A stretch of DNA of 64,000 nucleotides from Patescibacteria group bacterium. GTDB lineage: Bacteria; Patescibacteriota; Dojkabacteria; JAKAPS01. Within the stretch, counting starts at the first letter, position 1. Every line of letters starts with the position of its first letter. The translations under genes and the position numbers were made by a program. The stretch is from positions 11,289 to 75,288 of the forward strand of contig JANWIC010000008.1 of assembly GCA_025450075.1 (NCBI GenBank), in the 5' to 3' direction. The notes beneath the pieces are model-generated. The model was given only the letters and a program-made list of their open reading frames with translations, was not told the origin of the DNA and ran no database searches. Of this stretch, positions 58,815 through 64,000 are shown one piece after another.

Positions 58815-59573
58815 ATGGAGAATATCATTGAGGTTAAAAACCTAACTAAAAAATATGGATCATTTACAGCTGTAAACGGAATCTCATTTTCAGTAGAAAA
58901 AGGAGAGGTTTTTGGGATTTTGGGACCAAACGGAGCAGGAAAGACAACAACTCTTGAGATGATTGAAGGTCTTCGTGATATCACTTCAGGTACAATTTCT
59001 GTCGATGGATTAAATGTAAAAAAACAAAGAGAAGAAGTAAAGAAAATTATTGGAGTCCAACTTCAAACAACTGGTTTTTTTGAAAACCTCACATTGAAAG
59101 AACTCCTTGTAATGTACGGAACTTTATATAATATGAAGGTTGACCCTATGGCCATACTTGAAGAAGTAGAATTGAGCGAAAAAGCGAATGCCCAGACAGT
59201 CACTCTTTCAGGAGGACAAAAGCAACGCTTCTCTATAGCCCTTGCATTAGCAAATGACCCAAAAGTCATGTTTTTAGATGAACCTACAACTGGACTTGAC
59301 CCACAGGCTCGAAGGCATTTATGGACATTAATTCAGCAAATTCAGGAGAAAGGGAAAACCATTGTTTTAACTACCCATTATATGGAAGAGGCAGAAGAAT
59401 TATGTCAAAGAGTTGCAATAATGGATCATGGAGAAATAGTCCAGTTGGATACTCCAGATAACCTGATAGATGCATTACTACAAAAAGGTTTTTCAAAAAA
59501 AAGAGTCGAAAAGCAGGCAAATCTAGAAGATGTTTTTATTGATCTTACCGGTCATGATTTACGTGAAGAATAA
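58815..59573 (+). CDS. ABC-2 transporter ATP-binding protein
   Basis: GPNGAGKTT, LSGGQ, LDEPTTGLDP, TTHYMEEA. Confidence 0.95.
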   Translation: MENIIEVKNLTKKYGSFTAVNGISFSVEKGEVFGILGPNGAGKTTTLEMIEGLRDITSGTISVDGLNVKKQREEVKKIIGVQLQTTGFFENLTLKELLVMYGTLYNMKVDPMAILEEVELSEKANAQTVTLSGGQKQRFSIALALANDPKVMFLDEPTTGLDPQARRHLWTLIQQIQEKGKTIVLTTHYMEEAEELCQRVAIMDHGEIVQLDTPDNLIDALLQKGFSKKRVEKQANLEDVFIDLTGHDLREE

Positions 59574-59576
59574 TTT

Positions 59577-60680
59577 ATGGAACAATTAAGAGCTTTAACA
59601 ATAGCATCATTTAAAATGTATTTCAGGAATAAAAGTGCTGTATTTTTCAGCCTTTTCATCCCAATCCTTATCATCATCATCTTTGGAGTTTTACTTGGCG
59701 GCAATGGCAGTAAACTATCCATTGGTATTAATGATCAGGCAAATAACCAATCTTCACAAAATATTATTTCGCAATTAAAAAAAATAGACTCATTTACTAT
59801 CTCAAGCGGGGTATATGATAATGAGATAAAATCTTTGAAATCAGGTGATAGAGATATTGTACTGGTCTTTCCGAAAGGTTTTTCCCTTACACCAGTAGAT
59901 ACATCATCTCCATCAAAGATTCAAGCGTATTATGACCAGGCCAAATCACAAACTGCACAAGTCGGTTTATTAGTATTAGATAATATTGTACAAACAATCA
60001 ATCAGGGAATCTATTCAAATATATCAAAGCAATCAGTTCCGCAATATGTCAGTCTTGAACAAAAAGGAATCGAGACAAATAATTTGAGTGGTATTGATTT
60101 TCTTGTTCCCGGTATCATCGCAATGTCCATTATGCAACTGGGACTTTTCAGTGTAGCATTTGCATTTACTACTATGAAAAAGACCGGGGCATTGAAGAGA
60201 TTACAGGCAACACCTGCTAAACCGTCAAATTTCATTATTGCTCAATCATTGTCAAGATTAGGAATATCTATGATTCAGGTTTTAATCCTTATCGGAATTG
60301 GAATAGCACTTTTTAAGTTGCATATGTATGGAAATATTATCTTCTTTTTCTTCTTCATCCTTCTTGGTGCTGCAGTATTTCTTGCAATGGGATTTGCTGT
60401 GGCAGGATATTCTAAAGATGAAAATCAGGCGGCTCCTATTACAAACTTCATTCAGCTTCCCATGCTGTTTTTATCAGGAGTATTTTTCCCACGAACTCTC
60501 ATGCCGGATTTCTTAAAAAATGTTACATCCATTCTCCCTCTAACTTATCTTGCAGATGCTCTCAGACAAATTGCAAATAACGGTGCAGGAATTTCTCAAC
60601 TTTGGGGAGATTTTATCGGGTTGCTAATTTGGGCTATAATTTGTATGATTATAGCGGTCAAAGTATTTAAATGGGAGTAA
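59577..60680 (+). CDS. ABC-2 transporter permease
   Basis: FLVPGIIAM, LKRLQATP, FLSGVFFP, LPLTY. Confidence 0.92.
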   Translation: MEQLRALTIASFKMYFRNKSAVFFSLFIPILIIIIFGVLLGGNGSKLSIGINDQANNQSSQNIISQLKKIDSFTISSGVYDNEIKSLKSGDRDIVLVFPKGFSLTPVDTSSPSKIQAYYDQAKSQTAQVGLLVLDNIVQTINQGIYSNISKQSVPQYVSLEQKGIETNNLSGIDFLVPGIIAMSIMQLGLFSVAFAFTTMKKTGALKRLQATPAKPSNFIIAQSLSRLGISMIQVLILIGIGIALFKLHMYGNIIFFFFFILLGAAVFLAMGFAVAGYSKDENQAAPITNFIQLPMLFLSGVFFPRTLMPDFLKNVTSILPLTYLADALRQIANNGAGISQLWGDFIGLLIWAIICMIIAVKVFKWE

Positions 60681-60688
60681 CTGCCTAA

Positions 60689-62362
60689 ATGTTTACAAAA
60701 ATTACAAAGGGTCTTCGAATTGGCTCTTCTCTTACCAGCGTTAAGTTTATTACCTCTACCCTGCTGACCATTATTCTTTCAGCGGTGTTTTTAATGCTTA
60801 TCTATGCATGGAGCACTGCACAAATTCTAACCCAGCAAGTATTGAATGATGAAGGAAGTGCGGTTCAAACTGCTGCATCTTCAATAGATTCATTTCTCGA
60901 GCAATCATATACAAACTTAAAAGCAGATTATATCAGTAACAAACCAATTGACCCATCTCTTGGAAAAACTTTCCAAATAGGAATTATACAAGAAAAAGCA
61001 GGTAAAACTTCTAGTATTAATCTTAATGATACTCGTCTTCCCTACCTTACAAATTATCTCCAAAACCAGGGTACAAACACAGCAAAGTATTATTTTGATT
61101 CCACCAATAACTTGCTGTATGTTGTTTATAGTGCAGATGATGGAGGGTATGAAGCAGGAGCAATTGATACAACAACTGATAAGAGCTTGTATAGCATTTA
61201 TAGCCTTTCCGGATACCATGCCTACTTTGTTTCTAATTCTGGAAATATCTTAGACTCAAATACAAAAAATACCGATATCAATTTCATAAAATCATTGAAT
61301 ATCAAATATGATAATTTCCAACAAGTGAAATTGGGAAATATTCATCGAAGCATTTTTTCTTATGCCCCACTTTCTACGGTCAATTTAGGGATTGGGATGC
61401 TTTCAGATCCAATTACCGGAATGCTTATGCAAGATTCAGCAAATTTTTTGTATTTCCTGCTGCTTTTATGTCTTATCCTATTTCTTGCAATCACGATTAT
61501 ATTTGCACTTCTTATCGACATCCCACTTACTCAAACTTTAGATTTCCTTCAGGATTATGCGGAAGGTAACGTTCGTGAATTACATATTCATGCACAAGAT
61601 TCTTTTGGTACATTAGCTAAACATATCAATGAGCTTATCAAAAAAGTGCATAATGATTTCCAACGTATCGGACAAGCAGATTCAATTCAAGAAGATTTCC
61701 TCCTGTTATCTGGACATCTTCTTAGAACTCCTCTGACTTCAATTCAAGGATATGTAGATATCCTCTCTTCATTACAACCGACAAAACAACAATCTGAAAT
61801 TATTACAAATATTCAAACAGCAGTTACGAAACTCAAACAGCTTGAAGAAAATATTATTGCACTTTCTGCTGACAATACAAAAATCATAAATGCACCTGTC
61901 GATAGTGTAAATGCAAAAGAAATAATGGAAGAAATTTTTGCACAAATGGAAACTCAGGCAAAAGAGAAAAATATTAACTTTATATTGGATACAACCTCAA
62001 GTGAGCAAATTGCAATTAAAGTAAATAGAGGCAACATAATCCATGCATTGAAAAATCTCATCGATAATGCCATCAAGTTTACTTCTGAAGGTGGAACAGT
62101 AAAACTGTATGCAAAAGTTAAGGATAATTCAATCATATTCTCAGTTTCAGATACTGGAATTGGAATGACAAAAGATGAATTGGAGAAAATCTTTATCAAA
62201 TTTTCAAAAGTAAGTGATACGCTCGAATATAACTCGGATGGTTTTGGAATAGGACTATATGTGACAAAAATAATTGTTGAAACATATAACGGTAAAGTTT
62301 GGGCAGATTCAATAAAGGGAAGTGGAAGTATCTTTAATATTCAATTACCAATTGGTAATTAA
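60689..62362 (+). CDS. membrane sensor histidine kinase with HAMP domain (atypical H-box)
   Basis: Two TMs, HAMP, GHLLRTPLT, DNAIKFT, DTGIG, GFGIGL. Confidence 0.88.
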   Translation: MFTKITKGLRIGSSLTSVKFITSTLLTIILSAVFLMLIYAWSTAQILTQQVLNDEGSAVQTAASSIDSFLEQSYTNLKADYISNKPIDPSLGKTFQIGIIQEKAGKTSSINLNDTRLPYLTNYLQNQGTNTAKYYFDSTNNLLYVVYSADDGGYEAGAIDTTTDKSLYSIYSLSGYHAYFVSNSGNILDSNTKNTDINFIKSLNIKYDNFQQVKLGNIHRSIFSYAPLSTVNLGIGMLSDPITGMLMQDSANFLYFLLLLCLILFLAITIIFALLIDIPLTQTLDFLQDYAEGNVRELHIHAQDSFGTLAKHINELIKKVHNDFQRIGQADSIQEDFLLLSGHLLRTPLTSIQGYVDILSSLQPTKQQSEIITNIQTAVTKLKQLEENIIALSADNTKIINAPVDSVNAKEIMEEIFAQMETQAKEKNINFILDTTSSEQIAIKVNRGNIIHALKNLIDNAIKFTSEGGTVKLYAKVKDNSIIFSVSDTGIGMTKDELEKIFIKFSKVSDTLEYNSDGFGIGLYVTKIIVETYNGKVWADSIKGSGSIFNIQLPIGN

Positions 62363-62523
62363 GAAAGTTTTTTGTTCAATTTGTAATGCAGCAAAATCTT
62401 CTTTTCTTTTATCAAATCTTTAGCGCGTACCATCTTCATTAACTTCTTTTGTTTCTCAAAGTTATCTACTTTACATTTATATAATATTGATATTGGTTCA
62501 ATTAAATTTGATTTACATTGCAT
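62359..62523 (-). CDS. unannotated 54-aa basic protein
   Basis: MQCKSNLIEPISILYKCKVDNFEKQKKLMKMVRAKDLIKEKKILLHYKLNKKLS; promoter TTGATA-N17-TATACT at 62545-62573. Confidence 0.5.
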   Translation of the reverse strand: MQCKSNLIEPISILYKCKVDNFEKQKKLMKMVRAKDLIKEKKILLHYKLNKKLS

Positions 62524-62602
62524 GCATTAACTTTGAATATTTTTAGTATAAAGAATGTAGAATAATTTATCAAACAAATGCAAAAATATTATCTGCGTCA
62601 TC

Positions 62603-62629
62603 AAAAAAGGATAGGTAACCCTATCCTTT
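62603..62629 (-). terminator. intrinsic terminator after the ferredoxin gene
   Basis: AAAGGATAGG-GTTA-CCTATCCTTT plus T-tract on minus. Confidence 0.8.
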
Positions 62630-62649
62630 AAAACGACTAAGAAAAATAT

Positions 62650-62886
62650 TTATGCTGCTTCTGGAGGCCAAACTTGTTTTTCAGTTCCATCTTCTGCAAC
62701 ATCAACAATAATAATTGCATTAACAGGACATGCTTTTGCAGCTGCAAGCTGTTGATCAGGTGCATCTCCCTGTTGGTTTACAACTGTAGATTTGCTTTCA
62801 TCATCTAATTGAAATGTTCCTGGTGCAATTGCAACACATGATGCAGCACCGATACATTGATCTGATAAAACTTTTATTTGTAGCAT
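62650..62886 (-). CDS. monocluster ferredoxin, probably [3Fe-4S]
   Basis: CIGAASC...ACPVNAI; second Cys of CxxCxxC replaced by Ala. Confidence 0.9.
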   Translation of the reverse strand: MLQIKVLSDQCIGAASCVAIAPGTFQLDDESKSTVVNQQGDAPDQQLAAAKACPVNAIIIVDVAEDGTEKQVWPPEAA

Positions 62887-62944
62887 AATTCTTTTTGATA
62901 AGTGACACCAACATATTAGAAGAAAACACAGCACATGTCAACAA

Positions 62945-63310
62945 TTAATCCGTAGAGATTTTTTTAAGTGTCACTAGCGCTAATTCAATACATTTCAATC
63001 GTGTTGGTGTTGGATGAATTCCAAGAATATCAAGAAGCGTATCTAAATGCATCTCTTCTATTTCCTTCATTCTTTTTCCTTTAGCGAATGCACAAATCAT
63101 TTCAGCACTTACCTGGCTTAGCAAACATCCTTCTCCCGTAAAGGAAATATCTTGAATGATTCCATCTTCAGCATGTAAAAATATTTTAACTTGATCTCCA
63201 CAAGATGCATTAAATCCTGTGTAAGTATGTGTTGCATTATCTATTATATACTTATGTTGCATATGATGATAAACATCAAGAATATATTGCCTATACATAT
63301 CATCATCCAT
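62945..63310 (-). CDS. sufU: SufU/IscU-like Fe-S scaffold or sulfur-transfer protein
   Basis: YRQYILD.Y, NASCGD, GEGC, RLKC. Confidence 0.88.
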   Translation of the reverse strand: MDDDMYRQYILDVYHHMQHKYIIDNATHTYTGFNASCGDQVKIFLHAEDGIIQDISFTGEGCLLSQVSAEMICAFAKGKRMKEIEEMHLDTLLDILGIHPTPTRLKCIELALVTLKKISTD

Positions 63311-64000
63311 TTTTTAATTTGTGATATATGTTTTTTAAAGATATAAGTAATTTCTGTATATCTTCTTCATTGTTATAGATGTGTAGACTTACCCGTGCTA
63401 GCGAATTACAGGAAAGTGAGTGAACGAGAGGTTCAGCACAGTGATTACCAGCTCGGATACATATATGATCACGATCCAATAGGCTTGCTATATCATGACT
63501 ATGTACTCCATCCATGGTAAATGAAACGACACTTGATTTTTGAGGACTTGTTCCATACATTTTAATATATGGAAGGTCTTGTAATTGAGTTTGAAGAATT
63601 TGGAGAAGCTGCAAATTTCTCTTTTCAATATTCTCTATTCCAATCTCTTGCAAATATATAATTGCCGCATGCAAAGCAATTCCTCCAGCAATATGCGGAG
63701 TTCCTGCTTCAAACTTCCATGGTAACTCATTATATTTAAATTCATCTAAAGCAACATGAGAAACCATTTCTCCTCCATAAAAGATCGGATCGAATCTATC
63801 AAGAAGTTCTTCTTTTATATACAAGACACCAAGTCCGGTTGGTCCAAACATCTTATGCGATGAAAATGCATAAAAGTCACAATCATATTTACCCACATCA
63901 ACAGGAATATGCCCAACCGCTTGAGCACCATCAATAACTATATATGCTCCGTTCCTTTTTGCAATTTGGCAGATATCATCAATAGGATTGATGGTACCCA
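63303..64000 (-). CDS. sufS: SufS cysteine desulfurase (5' part beyond the window)
   Basis: DGAQAVGH, SSHKMFGPTG, KFEAGTP, RAGNHCA; frame open to the window edge. Confidence 0.94.
   Translation of the reverse strand, partial: GTINPIDDICQIAKRNGAYIVIDGAQAVGHIPVDVGKYDCDFYAFSSHKMFGPTGLGVLYIKEELLDRFDPIFYGGEMVSHVALDEFKYNELPWKFEAGTPHIAGGIALHAAIIYLQEIGIENIEKRNLQLLQILQTQLQDLPYIKMYGTSPQKSSVVSFTMDGVHSHDIASLLDRDHICIRAGNHCAEPLVHSLSCNSLARVSLHIYNNEEDIQKLLISLKNIYHKLKNG

Noticed and set aside
1-64000. CRISPR arrays, rRNA, transposases, prophage genes, alternative genetic code
   Set aside because: No spaced repeats or hallmark genes seen by eye; TGA ends intact genes (for example padR, tRNA-unrelated ABC genes and cyoE), consistent with code 11.

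Overview
AT-rich bacterial chromosome segment using the standard genetic code. Gene content (VirD4-like ATPase, Cys-rich zinc-ribbon pair, KPVIYLYP-domain surface protein, many lineage-specific ORFs) suggests a Patescibacteria/CPR-type organism; this is an inference. About 65 CDS are present; no rRNA, tRNA, CRISPR array or transposase was seen. Highlights: (1) an unannotated 19-aa leader peptide with six consecutive Thr codons and complete terminator/antiterminator logic ahead of an archaeal-type ThrRS lacking an editing domain; (2) a co-directional gene run of receiver protein, Rv3377c-like class II diterpene cyclase, class I terpene-synthase-like protein and GAF histidine kinase, a candidate terpene make-and-sense system; (3) a second leader-peptide/terminator element (His-containing) ahead of two uncharacterised tandem paralogues; (4) many apparently leaderless genes alongside a cluster of SD-led microproteins, several missing from the ORF track. 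All family calls come from reading motifs by eye; no database searches were run.
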